From sequence record DRR723986_6582: a DNA stretch of 64,000 nt; one strand, 5' to 3'. Below the pieces are notes generated by a model, which did not search any database, was not told the origin of the DNA, and worked only from the letters and a program-made list of their open reading frames with translations. The translations under genes were made by a program, and so were the position numbers. Position 1 is the stretch's first letter. Each line of letters starts with the position of its first letter. Positions 11,401 through 20,595 of the stretch are shown here, piece by piece.

Positions 11401-12328
11401 GCAATTGTTTGGCGACGTCCCGTATCTCCCGTTCGCCACTCAAAAAAACCAGAGTATCGCCATGGCGTTGCGCGCCCTCGGCGATCATCTCCCGCAATAC
11501 CTGTTCTACCCCTTCTCCCAGGTCTTGCTCTGCGCTGATGTCTTCCAAAGGGCGATAGCGAAATTCAACCGGGTAGCTGCGACCGGACACCTCGACGACG
11601 GGGGCATTGTCGAAGTGGCGAGAAAAGCGCTCCACATCAATGGTTGCAGAGGTAATAATCAGTTTGAGCTCTGGGCGCTTAGGCAACAGGGTTTTCAGGT
11701 AACCCAGCAAAAAATCAATATTGAGGCTGCGCTCATGGGCCTCATCGATGATGATCGTGTCGTAATCGCTCAAATAACGGTCGTTGGCGATTGCAGCGAG
11801 CAGGATCCCGTCGGTCATCAACTTTATATAGGTATTCGGGGTGCTTTGCTCCTGAAAACGCACCTGATAACCCACGGCATCACCCAACGGCGTATTCAAT
11901 TCATCTGCAATTCGCTGAGCCACCGTGCGCGCCGCAAGACGACGAGGTTGGGTGTGGGCGATCTGCCCATTGACCCCGCGGCCCATTTCCAGACACAACT
12001 TCGGCAGCTGCGTGGTTTTACCCGAACCCGTCTCGCCGGCAATCACCACAACCTGGTGTTTATCGATTGCTGCTCGAATATCGTCAATACGCTGACTGAC
12101 TGGCAATGCCTCGGGGAAACTCACCGCCGGTACGGCGCGCTGCCGGAAGAGCAGCCGCTCAGCGGAGGCGTTGATGCTCTCCTCAAGTTTGACATAGGCG
12201 TCGCCGACAGCTTGCCCGTCTCGCTCTCGTCGCTGCAGTTGTTGCAAACGACGTCGCAATCGATAGTGATCGGGGCGGTAGCTGTCGCCGAGTTTGTCAG
12301 CGAGGAGATTCCAATTATGGCCGGACAT
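8432..12328 (-). CDS. hrpA: ATP-dependent RNA helicase HrpA
   Basis: GETGSGKTTQLP, DEAH, SAT, QRAGRCGR motifs; C-terminal EEFRVSLFAQ.LGT; 1298 aa. Confidence 0.97.
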   Translation of the reverse strand: MSGHNWNLLADKLGDSYRPDHYRLRRRLQQLQRRERDGQAVGDAYVKLEESINASAERLLFRQRAVPAVSFPEALPVSQRIDDIRAAIDKHQVVVIAGETGSGKTTQLPKLCLEMGRGVNGQIAHTQPRRLAARTVAQRIADELNTPLGDAVGYQVRFQEQSTPNTYIKLMTDGILLAAIANDRYLSDYDTIIIDEAHERSLNIDFLLGYLKTLLPKRPELKLIITSATIDVERFSRHFDNAPVVEVSGRSYPVEFRYRPLEDISAEQDLGEGVEQVLREMIAEGAQRHGDTLVFLSGEREIRDVAKQLRQAQLPGAEVLPLYARLSAAEQQRIFDLRGRRGWRVVLATNVAETSLTVPGIRYVIDAGTARVSRYSVRSKVQRLPIEPVSQASANQRAGRCGRVAEGIAYRLYSKEDFERRPLFTEPEIQRTNLAAVILQMLQLGLGDIRKFPFVDAPDNRLIRDGFALLRELGAVDGERMTAQGKMLARFPVDPRIARLIIAGAEQQCLREMLVIASALSIQDPRDRPADKQQAADEKHRRFWQEGSDFLAFVALWEYAEEQRQQLSANQWRKLCKKEFLSWTRMREWREVHHQLLLMCRQLKLEQNKQPADYQNIHRALLPGFLSQIANHDEGREYLGARNRKLMIFPGSSLRKKTPKWIVAAELAETSQLFARCVAKIEPEWVFGINDSLLKRNYAEPHFHARSGRVMAYEQTLLYGLTLRDRHRIHFGPIDAKLAREVFIRQGLVEGRYRGAAAFFAHNQALRREILDLEDKARRRDILISDEEIYAFYDERLPEGITTARQLESWLKKSSADATLKMARSQMMRSEGGVDEAQFPTQLSCGGKQLALSYHFEPGHRDDGVSVSVPLVLLHKLPEGRFEWLVPGLLREKCIALVKALPKAQRKQLVPVPDYVDRALARLTPSDEPLLPALAARLEQLSDANIDLAAWSSATIDDYYKMNVVVLDDGGKRLASGRDIVALRAQLASEVQKSIAEESQGGFEVRRYQQWEFGELPVEHRFKQAGATLTAFPCLTDSGQDVELSLAETLEEAQNKSLRGCLRLLLLRLPAQCKSLRAKLFKGNAQQLQFAACGQQRKAWIEACLLVAARRAFAVTTDNLPRDQQAFDALWESGRAEFVPCAEEVAALLGDILASQARIRKQLKKLNSLSWIHSINDIQRQLDGLFVDDFIFQVSTEALGHYPRYLAAIEERVSKLDGHYQRDRQSTLAIEPLQEQLENALARDPKLWQKSEKLREYRWLLEEFRVSLFAQRLGTAQTVSEKRLKQLWQALKNDVTIR

Positions 12329-12348
12329 GAGCGCTAGACTAGGACCTT

Positions 12349-12379
12349 AAAATAAAAAGGGCGCCACATGGGCGCCCTT
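12349..12379 (-). terminator. rho-independent terminator of fadD
   Basis: AAGGGCGCC/GGCGCCCTT stem with a 5 nt loop, followed on the minus strand by a T-tract, about 20 bp after the fadD stop. Confidence 0.75.
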
Positions 12380-12398
12380 GCGTTTTCCAGCGTAAAAA

Positions 12399-14099
12399 TC
12401 AGCTGGCGCGCTTGGCAAGCTCTTCGTCTCGCAGAGTGCGGCGAAGTACTTTACCAACGTTCGTTTTGGGCAGTTCGTCACGAACTTCGATATAGCGCGG
12501 CATTTTATAGCCGGTAAGACGCTCGCGCAAAAAGTCCTTCAACTCTTTCTCGTCAAGCTCGCCATGCTTGGGCGCAACGAAAATCTTAACGGCTTCACCG
12601 GATTTTTCATCAGGCACGCCAATCGCCGCACACTCAGCAATATTTGGATGCGAGCTAAGCACATCCTCGATCTCGTTGGGGTAAACGTTGAAACCGGACA
12701 CCAAGATCATGTCTTTCTTGCGATCGACAATTTTCAGGTAGCCATCTTCCTTCACCACCGCGACATCGCCAGTCAGCAGCCAACCATCTTTAATGGTCTT
12801 CTCAGTTTCGTCCGGGCGCTGCCAGTAACCCATCATGACCTGCGGGCCGCGCACGCAAAGTTCGCCGCGCTCGCCGATGCCCACGTCGTTGCCGTCGTCG
12901 TCAACCAAACGCACTTCGGTACCCGGCAGCGGCAGGCCGATGGTACCAATTTGGTTGGCACCACCCGGGTTGATCGATACCACTGGTGAGGTTTCGGTCA
13001 AACCGTAACCCTCGTAGATCTCCGCGCCGGTCATTTCCTTCCAGGTTTTCGCGGCACCGGCAGTCAGCGCCATCCCGCCAGACAGGGTGACCTTGAGGCC
13101 GGAGAAGTCCAAGCTGGCAAATTCCGGGTGTTTACAAAGCTGAACAAACAGCGTGTTGATACCGCTCATTCCCGTCCATTTCCAGCGTTTCATCTCTTTA
13201 ATAACGCTGTCCAACTCACGCGGATTGGGAATCAAAATTGAGTGGTTACCCTGCATCATGACAACAAACGTCAGCATAAAGGAGTAGATGTGGTACAGCG
13301 GCAGCGGCGCGATAAAGGTTTCGCCGCCACTCACCAAGCCATAACTGGAGAAGTTCTCTCGGCTCTGCAATACGTTAGCCATCAGGTTTCTGTGGCTAAT
13401 CATTGCGCCTTTAGATACCCCGGTGGTACCGCCGGTATATTGCAGCAGCGCCAATGCTTCCAGGTCCGGCGCAGCCTTTTGATATTGCTTGCTACTGCCT
13501 TTGGCCAGGGCTTTACGGAAGCTAATGGAGTTCTTGAATTTAACCGAGGGGACTTCTTTGCGTACATACTTAAGTACGCTGTTAATCAACGTCCGCTTCA
13601 CTGGTGGATGAAGGTCGGCCACTTCAGTAACGATAACTGTACCCACGCCAGTATCACCAACTACTGCGGCCGCTGTTTCGGCAATGTTTGCCAATACGAC
13701 GATGGCCTTTGCACCGGAGTCGTTCAATTGGTGCTTGAGTTCGCGCTCGCTGTAAAGGGGATTGGTATTCACCACGATCATGCCGGCACGCAGCGCACCG
13801 AACAGTACAACCGGGTACTGCAAAATATTAGGCATTTGAATCGCAATGCGATCGCCTGCTTGCAAACCGCTGTGCTCTTGCAGGTAACAGGCAAACTGCG
13901 CAGACAAGCGATCCAAATCTGCGTAGCTTAATGTGTGCCCCAAGCAGCTGACAGCCGGGTTCGCCGCGTATTGATTGACGCAGTGGTCAAACATACCGAC
14001 CAAATTCGGGAACTCTTGCAGATCGACGTCATTGGATAGGCCAATGCGTGATCTCGCCGCGTTAATCGTTTCTGCAATTTGCTGTTGCTGCTCAGACAA
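12399..14099 (-). CDS. fadD: long-chain-fatty-acid--CoA ligase
   Basis: YTGGTTGVSKG, EGYGLTETSP, TGD, DRKKDMILVSGFNVYPNEIE, KTNVGK motifs. Confidence 0.93.
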   Translation of the reverse strand: MSEQQQQIAETINAARSRIGLSNDVDLQEFPNLVGMFDHCVNQYAANPAVSCLGHTLSYADLDRLSAQFACYLQEHSGLQAGDRIAIQMPNILQYPVVLFGALRAGMIVVNTNPLYSERELKHQLNDSGAKAIVVLANIAETAAAVVGDTGVGTVIVTEVADLHPPVKRTLINSVLKYVRKEVPSVKFKNSISFRKALAKGSSKQYQKAAPDLEALALLQYTGGTTGVSKGAMISHRNLMANVLQSRENFSSYGLVSGGETFIAPLPLYHIYSFMLTFVVMMQGNHSILIPNPRELDSVIKEMKRWKWTGMSGINTLFVQLCKHPEFASLDFSGLKVTLSGGMALTAGAAKTWKEMTGAEIYEGYGLTETSPVVSINPGGANQIGTIGLPLPGTEVRLVDDDGNDVGIGERGELCVRGPQVMMGYWQRPDETEKTIKDGWLLTGDVAVVKEDGYLKIVDRKKDMILVSGFNVYPNEIEDVLSSHPNIAECAAIGVPDEKSGEAVKIFVAPKHGELDEKELKDFLRERLTGYKMPRYIEVRDELPKTNVGKVLRRTLRDEELAKRAS

Positions 14100-14191
14100 G
14101 GTCGCCCCCTAGCTATATTTTTGTTATCGACGTGCCTCCCCATGCCGGTTGGCACAAGGGCTCGGACGCCTATTCAAGTGAATTTGGCAAG

Positions 14192-14686
14192 CTAACCAGA
14201 TTTGTGTTCACTGTCAACACCAGTCGACTCGCCAGCCGCAAACTGATCCGGGTCCACAAACATCAGGCGAAAGCGCAAATTTCCCGCCTGGCGCTGGTCT
14301 ACACCCAGTACCAGCGCATTCATCTGCCCTTTTGTTTCGCTGATGACAGGCACAAAAATAACATGTTCTTGCCCCTCTTGATCACTCATCACCCTGGGAG
14401 CATTGCCTGTTTTTAGAAAGCGGGCGTAGCTATCCACGAGCATGATCAATTGATTGCGAAATGCACTAAAGTTTAACTGTCCGCGGAACTCATCATAGTT
14501 CATATCAAGACTGACGCGCAGGACCGACCCGTCTTCAAGTTTCACATCGTTCAGCAATACCGCCTTACCCGCCTCCAAGGCGCGAAAGAAACGCTTTCCG
14601 TCGCTGCGCTGCCCATCAATGATGCACTGTTTAATCAGCGAGGATGCCAATAACATCAGCGCGGGGGTCTCAATATTTACATTCAT
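14192..14686 (-). CDS. hypothetical protein
   Basis: 164-aa ORF from ATG 14686 with an upstream AGGA; fills the gap between the opp operon and fadD; no family recognised. Confidence 0.7.
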   Translation of the reverse strand: MNVNIETPALMLLASSLIKQCIIDGQRSDGKRFFRALEAGKAVLLNDVKLEDGSVLRVSLDMNYDEFRGQLNFSAFRNQLIMLVDSYARFLKTGNAPRVMSDQEGQEHVIFVPVISETKGQMNALVLGVDQRQAGNLRFRLMFVDPDQFAAGESTGVDSEHKSG

Positions 14687-14755
14687 TGTTGTTATTCCTG
14701 ATACGTCATTTTCTGGCGACAGCATGCTAATGCAAGACACCCCTTCACACCAGCC

Positions 14756-15724
14756 TCAGCCCGCGGGTGCTGCACCGGCAATGTCGTCACTGCGGTGACA
14801 GGCCACGGCCCTGCCCTCAGCCTGCACTTTAAGCCAGGGTGGGGTCTGTCGACATGATTCGAGGGCGTAGGGGCAACGGTCGGCGAAGCGGCAGCCGACA
14901 TCGGTACTTAACGGCAGGGGCAGCTCTATGGTCCGCGGGGCGATCACTTGTACCTTGTTGCGATCGAGCGTCGGCTCGGGGTGAGCAGCCAACAACTGCT
15001 GAGTATAGGGGTGCGCCGGGGTATTCAGCAGCTGCCAACAGGGCGCTAGCTCAAGTAGTTCGCCGAGGTACATCACCGCAATGCGGTCAGCCAAGCCGCC
15101 AAGTACCGCCAGGTCGTGGGTGATAAATACCATTGCGGTACCGAGATCGCTCTGAATTTCCCTCAACAGCGCCAATATTTGCGCTTGCACCGACACATCC
15201 AGCGCCGACACCGCCTCGTCGCAAACCACCAGCTGCGGCTCACACAAAAAGGCCCTGGCAATGCCCACCCGCTGGCGCTGCCCGCCGGACAGTTCATGGG
15301 GATAGCGCTGGGCAAATCGTGCACCAAGGCCGACCCGCTCCAGCCAATACCCCTGCCGCTGGTGAATCACACTGCGACGCTCACCGCGAGCCAGCAGTGG
15401 CTCGGACAAACTTTCGCCGATGGTCATGCGGGGGTTGAGACTCGCGTAGCTGTCCTGAAAAACCATTTGTATCTGCCCCGCGCGGCGGCGCTGGAGCTTC
15501 TCAGGTAAAACCGCTCCGTTGAATCGCAGAGTGCCGTGGGAAGGCCGTTGCAGGCCGGCAATGATACGCCCCAGGGTGGACTTACCGGAGCCGCTTTCGC
15601 CCACTAGCCCCAGCACTTCGCCAGCGCGGATGGATAAACTCACCCCATCGACAGCGGCAAGATCCTCATTATTGCGCTGAAAATGACAACTGACCTGGTG
15701 CAAGGCGAGCAATGGTTCAGTCAT
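14756..15724 (-). CDS. oppF: oligopeptide ABC transporter ATP-binding subunit (OppF/DppF-like)
   Basis: [21 protein letters not shown] and C-terminal Cys motif; start moved to ATG 15724. Confidence 0.9.
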   Translation of the reverse strand: MTEPLLALHQVSCHFQRNNEDLAAVDGVSLSIRAGEVLGLVGESGSGKSTLGRIIAGLQRPSHGTLRFNGAVLPEKLQRRRAGQIQMVFQDSYASLNPRMTIGESLSEPLLARGERRSVIHQRQGYWLERVGLGARFAQRYPHELSGGQRQRVGIARAFLCEPQLVVCDEAVSALDVSVQAQILALLREIQSDLGTAMVFITHDLAVLGGLADRIAVMYLGELLELAPCWQLLNTPAHPYTQQLLAAHPEPTLDRNKVQVIAPRTIELPLPLSTDVGCRFADRCPYALESCRQTPPWLKVQAEGRAVACHRSDDIAGAAPAG

Positions 15725-16694
15725 GCTGCAGCCTCCAGCGCTCGGGGTAGTCCGGGTGCCAGCGCCAACAGCGCACGCCAGCACCTCGCGGTGAGACCAG
15801 CAACGGCGGCGAATCCTCACAAATAGCCATACGATGTTTACAGCGCGGTGCAAAGGCACAACCGTGAATAGTGCCGCGCATATCGGGCGGTGAACCCGGA
15901 ATGGCAACCGTAATTTCCCTGCTATGCAAACGTGGCATTGCTGCCTGCAAGGCCTCACTGTAGGGGTGGGCAGGGTGGCGTAACAAACTCGCTACAGAGG
16001 CCGACTCCACGGTTTCACCCGCGTACATCACTGATACGGTGTCAGCAATATTGGCCACCACCCCCAGATCATGACTGATAAACAGTAAACTGGTGCCCTG
16101 CTCGTGCTGTAGTTCACTCAACAGTGCCAACACTTCGGCCTGAACCGTCACATCCAGTGCGGTGGTCGGCTCGTCGGCGATCAATAATTTCGGTCGACAA
16201 GCAACCGCCAGCGCTATCATCACCCGCTGCAGCATGCCCCCCGAAAACTCAAAGGGGTATTGAGATAGGCGCTGCTCGGCACGCGGAATCGCCAAGCGCT
16301 CAAGAAGTGCCGCAGATTCGGCACGCGCCTGTCGACGGTCCATATTGCGGTGCAAGCGAAAGCACTCAGACAGCTGCGCTCCGATCGTTCGCGTGGGGCT
16401 TAATGCGGTCATCGGGTTTTGAAATATCATGGCGATGCGCCGCCCACGCCACCCTCGCCAATCGCGATGCCCCTGAGCCGGCAGTGGCTGCCCCATTACA
16501 CTGAACTGCTCGGCATTGAGCACCGCATTGGGCGGTGCCAAACCGAGTAAACACATGGCGGTTAACGACTTGCCGCTGCCAGACTCGCCGACAAGCGCTC
16601 GGCATTCTCCCTCCTCCAGACTGAAGGACACCTCTCTCAACACCTGGTTGCCGCTGAGTGCGAGTTGTAAATGCTCTATCGCGACGACGCTCAT
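15717..16694 (-). CDS. oppD: oligopeptide ABC transporter ATP-binding subunit (OppD/DppD-like)
   Basis: [41 protein letters not shown]. Confidence 0.92.
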   Translation of the reverse strand: MSVVAIEHLQLALSGNQVLREVSFSLEEGECRALVGESGSGKSLTAMCLLGLAPPNAVLNAEQFSVMGQPLPAQGHRDWRGWRGRRIAMIFQNPMTALSPTRTIGAQLSECFRLHRNMDRRQARAESAALLERLAIPRAEQRLSQYPFEFSGGMLQRVMIALAVACRPKLLIADEPTTALDVTVQAEVLALLSELQHEQGTSLLFISHDLGVVANIADTVSVMYAGETVESASVASLLRHPAHPYSEALQAAMPRLHSREITVAIPGSPPDMRGTIHGCAFAPRCKHRMAICEDSPPLLVSPRGAGVRCWRWHPDYPERWRLQHD

Positions 16695-17986
16695 TGCCCC
16701 ACCCCGCCGCTGCGTTTATCGGCAGTGTCACGCAATGCGTCACCGAGAATATTAAACGCCAATACCGAAATACTGATCATTGCGGCCGGCCACAATAGCT
16801 GCCCGGGGTGGGACAAAAGTGTTTTGATACCATCGTTACACATTGCCCCCCAAGACGTGCTTGGTGGCGACACCCCCATACCAATAAATGAAAGAAAGGC
16901 CTCAGTAAAAATTGCCTGGGGTATGGCAAAACTGAATGCCACCATCAACACCGGCAACACATTTGGAAAAATATGTCGCCGGAAAATCCCCCAAGTAGTA
17001 ACGCCCGAGAGTCGCGCCGAGTCGATAAATGGCTGGCTGCGCAGGGCCAGCACTTGGCCGCGAATAAGCCGCGCACTGCTCGGCCAGCTAAGCAGTAACA
17101 TCGCCAAAATGAGTGGCAAAATGCCGTCCTCACCGGGACCAATCCCGAAGGCAATACGCAGTAAAATCATGAACAGCAAGAAAGGCAGTGCGACGACAAA
17201 ATCCGCTGAGCGCATGGCAAATTGGTCAAACTTACCGCCAATATAGCCCGCCAAACCACCAAAGATCGCACCGAAACTGATAAACAATAGCGGCGCCACA
17301 ATCCCCACAAACAGCGAGCTTCGCCCGCCAGCCATTAGCCTCGCCAGGATGTCGCGGCCCAAGGCATCGGTACCCAGAGGGTGAGCAGGCAATCTAAGGT
17401 ACTCAGGATAAACCGTCGCAGAGGCAGGTATCAGTCCCTGCAACTGGGCTTCAAATACCGAAATTGCTGGCTCAGGACGCGTCTCGGTTGAAAACAGCAT
17501 CAGCCCCGTGTCGGCATCGACCAGGGTGTAACGGTAGATCTGACGCCGCAATTGCAATTCATCGGTATATGACCGGCCCCTACCCTGCCACAGCGGCAGG
17601 CCTTTACCCGATTGATGCTGTTTGGCTCGATAGAGACGAAAGCGCTCAACCGAGACCACCTCGGGCCAGGCGAGCCGCACCCGTTCGGTATTACTCTCCA
17701 GCACCGTTAAGCGGCTGACGTTACCAGCTCCCTTTGTTGATATGGGGCCGACCACCCTTGCGTATATCCCCGATGTCGGTCCACTGGACACCTGCGACAA
17801 CCATTGCTGGCTCGGATCCTGCTGCCACACTAACGGGCCAAGGAGCACAAAAAGCAGCATCGCCATCGCCGTGCCTGCGGCCGCTAGTAAGCTGGGGCTC
17901 CACCGCCATGAGGGGGGCGCCGCGCACTCCACATCTGGAAGTACCGGCGGCTGCCACGGCGCAAAACGAAATACGGGAATGCGCAT
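16691..17986 (-). CDS. oppC: oligopeptide ABC transporter permease (OppC-like) with a large inserted loop
   Basis: HPLGTD.LGRD, EAA-like F.DSAR.SG, EAFLSFIGMG, NILGDALRD; 431 aa, longer than a typical OppC. Confidence 0.9.
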   Translation of the reverse strand: MRIPVFRFAPWQPPVLPDVECAAPPSWRWSPSLLAAAGTAMAMLLFVLLGPLVWQQDPSQQWLSQVSSGPTSGIYARVVGPISTKGAGNVSRLTVLESNTERVRLAWPEVVSVERFRLYRAKQHQSGKGLPLWQGRGRSYTDELQLRRQIYRYTLVDADTGLMLFSTETRPEPAISVFEAQLQGLIPASATVYPEYLRLPAHPLGTDALGRDILARLMAGGRSSLFVGIVAPLLFISFGAIFGGLAGYIGGKFDQFAMRSADFVVALPFLLFMILLRIAFGIGPGEDGILPLILAMLLLSWPSSARLIRGQVLALRSQPFIDSARLSGVTTWGIFRRHIFPNVLPVLMVAFSFAIPQAIFTEAFLSFIGMGVSPPSTSWGAMCNDGIKTLLSHPGQLLWPAAMISISVLAFNILGDALRDTADKRSGGVGQ

Positions 17987-17987
17987 G

Positions 17988-18935
17988 TTAGCTGCGCCCC
18001 GCTGACAAACGGATTCGAGGGTCTATCAAGCCATAACTGATGTCGACAAGCACCACAATGACCACCAGAAAGGCGCCATAAAATACCGTGGTTCCCATAA
18101 TGACGGTGTAGTCCAGCTGTTGCACGGCCTGCACGAAATAGCGTCCCAAGCCGGGTATGGCAAAAATCAGCTCAACCACAAACCCGCCCGTCGTTATCGC
18201 AGCAACCGCTGGACCGAGTTCAGTCACTACCGGTAACAGGGCATTGCGCAGCTGATAGCGAAAGAAGAGTGATACACCACTGATACCGCGCGCTCGCGCA
18301 GCCAATATATAGTCACTGCTTAGTACCTCGAGCATCGCCGCGCGGCTCAAGCGGCTTAAATATGCCAAAGTGCCCAGCCCCAGTACCAGAGCCGGGACCC
18401 AAACATGGTTGACACCTCCCCACCCCGCCACCGGCAACACCGTGCTCTCGGCCGCGGCGTTGAGCTTGACGATAATCAATTGAGCCAAACCGGCAATCAC
18501 AAACCCCGGCACAGAAATCGCTGCAACCACCATGAACATTACGAACTTATCAGGCCACTGGCCGCGGTAATGCGCGGCGATGCTGCCTGCCAAAACCCCG
18601 CCCACTAATGCAATAGCAATGGCCGCGATCCCCAGGGTTGCCGACACCGGAAAATGCTCGCGTATTATGTCGTTCACACGGCGATTTTCCTGAGTAAAGG
18701 AGATACCGAAGTCGCCGTTTATCATATTGCCCATGAAGGTGAAGTACTGCTGGCTGAGTGGCTTATCTAGCCCGTAACGCGCTTCCAACTGCGCGCGAAC
18801 TACCGGCGACATCGCTTTGTCCTGGATCAATGGGTCACCCGGAACTGCGTGCATGGCAAAGAACGTCGCCGTTGCAATAAACCAAACTGTTATCGCGCCC
18901 CATAGGAGCCGATGCAATACAAACTTGATCATCAT
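17988..18935 (-). CDS. oppB: oligopeptide ABC transporter permease (OppB-like)
   Basis: PGDP, YGLDKP, GDFGIS, LRNALLPV, FAIPGLG, DPRIR. Confidence 0.92.
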   Translation of the reverse strand: MMIKFVLHRLLWGAITVWFIATATFFAMHAVPGDPLIQDKAMSPVVRAQLEARYGLDKPLSQQYFTFMGNMINGDFGISFTQENRRVNDIIREHFPVSATLGIAAIAIALVGGVLAGSIAAHYRGQWPDKFVMFMVVAAISVPGFVIAGLAQLIIVKLNAAAESTVLPVAGWGGVNHVWVPALVLGLGTLAYLSRLSRAAMLEVLSSDYILAARARGISGVSLFFRYQLRNALLPVVTELGPAVAAITTGGFVVELIFAIPGLGRYFVQAVQQLDYTVIMGTTVFYGAFLVVIVVLVDISYGLIDPRIRLSAGRS

Positions 18936-20576
18936 TCAGGGCTCAATCCAGGCATCGCGAAAATTGGGGTCACCGCCAAACACTGAACGACGAACGCCCT
19001 TTAACTGAGGGTGCTGAACATACAGCATGGCATTCTCGTAGGTGGGCAAAATGGGGACATCATCAACCACCAAATCCTGCAAGGCAGCCATCGCGGCAAA
19101 TCGCTGGGAGGCATTGGCGCTGCTTTGAGCAACGCGCACCAAGCGATCATATTCCGGGTGGCTGTACCGACCACGATTATTGTCATTCCACGACGCAAAC
19201 AAATCGGCAAAGGTCATAATATCGTCGTAATCAGGCCCCCAGGCGGCAACCACGATGTCAAAATCGCCGCGGCGCATCTTTTCTATGCGCTGCTTGAATA
19301 CCTGCTGATCAATACGCAGGTCCAGGCCCAGGCCGCGCTTGAGGAGGTACTGGTAGTACTCGGCCTCCTGTACAGCGCGAGGGCTGTCTCCGGCAAGCAT
19401 CATAAGCGGTGGGAAAGCCTCAAGGCCGAGCTCCCTTTTCGCTTGCGCCAAATACTGGCGCGCCATGGCCAGATCTTGCCGCAGTCTCCTCACCGGATAT
19501 TCCTGACGAAAAGCCTGTCGCTGGCCACGCACTGTGACCGGAAACAGGGAATACGCCGGCAGTACACCCGGCAGGCCGATCACTTTATTGACGAGTACAT
19601 CTGGGTCCAACAGATACTGAATCGCCTTTCGGAAGTTTCTATTCGCTGTAATCCTGCCTGCGCGAAAATTAAACTCCAGAAAGAACAGCGAGCCACTGTG
19701 AAAATGCTGAATGTCATAGCCGCGCTTAACCGCCTCATCCAACAAGCCGGTATCTAAATTGGCGAGTGCAATCTGCCCATCTCGAAACAAATTAAACTGC
19801 GCACCAGGGTCCGCGGTGATATAGGGCATGTCGATGCGTGAGATCTGCAGCGACGACTTGTCCCAGTAATGCGGATTTTTCTCCAAGGTTAAATGCGCGC
19901 CGTGCACCCATTTGGTCAGGGTAAAAGGCCCGTTGTAGAGCATTTTGTCGGCGTCAGCGGCATAACGGCGCCCCCAGTGCTCTACAAGGTCCTGGCGCAG
20001 CGGCATATAACTCATGAAAGCCGTAAGGCTTAGGAAGTAGGGACAGGGCTGGGCAAACTCGACATGCAACTCGGTGCTGGAGACAGCCCGTACACCCAGT
20101 GAATCCGGCGGCGCAAGGCCTTCGTTTACGGCGCGAGCACCTTTAATCGGATAAAAGATAAACGCATACTGGGAGGCGGTTTCCGGGCGCAGGGCATATT
20201 GCCATGCAAAAACAAAATCCTGAGCGGTAACCGCCTGGCCGTCACTCCACGTCGCTTTCTCGCGCAGCCAAAACCGCGCCCCGTTTTCGTCGATTTGCCA
20301 ACGTTCGGCCACCCCGCCTACCAGCTCACCGTTTTCGCCGTAGCGCAGCAGCCCCTCCATCATATGAGAGATAACGAAGCTCGCGATCGTATCTGTCGCT
20401 CTCGCACTGTGCAGTGTGGGCGGTTCAGTTGCGAGGGCCAGCGTAATACTTTTTGACTCTGGGTCGACGGCGCCCGCTTGCGCGGGCAGGCCTGGGAGTA
20501 TCCCCACGACAGCAAATACAATCAGCATTACAGCCGACGCAATTTTGCCTGTTACAATACCTGTTGCCTCTCTCAT
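18936..20576 (-). CDS. oppA: oligopeptide ABC transporter substrate-binding protein (OppA-like)
   Basis: Signal-peptide-like N-terminus, EGLL, WSDG..VTA.DF, NGPF, WGPDY; the start (ATG 20576) is uncertain. Confidence 0.9.
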   Translation of the reverse strand: MREATGIVTGKIASAVMLIVFAVVGILPGLPAQAGAVDPESKSITLALATEPPTLHSARATDTIASFVISHMMEGLLRYGENGELVGGVAERWQIDENGARFWLREKATWSDGQAVTAQDFVFAWQYALRPETASQYAFIFYPIKGARAVNEGLAPPDSLGVRAVSSTELHVEFAQPCPYFLSLTAFMSYMPLRQDLVEHWGRRYAADADKMLYNGPFTLTKWVHGAHLTLEKNPHYWDKSSLQISRIDMPYITADPGAQFNLFRDGQIALANLDTGLLDEAVKRGYDIQHFHSGSLFFLEFNFRAGRITANRNFRKAIQYLLDPDVLVNKVIGLPGVLPAYSLFPVTVRGQRQAFRQEYPVRRLRQDLAMARQYLAQAKRELGLEAFPPLMMLAGDSPRAVQEAEYYQYLLKRGLGLDLRIDQQVFKQRIEKMRRGDFDIVVAAWGPDYDDIMTFADLFASWNDNNRGRYSHPEYDRLVRVAQSSANASQRFAAMAALQDLVVDDVPILPTYENAMLYVQHPQLKGVRRSVFGGDPNFRDAWIEP

Positions 20577-20595
20577 AGCGTTTACAGGCCTGTCA

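Noticed and set aside
11039-12337. 432-aa plus-strand ORF
   Set aside because: Entirely antisense to hrpA with no recognisable motifs; a shadow ORF. The same applies to 13242-13931, 19011-19757, 35399-36085 and 56607-57236
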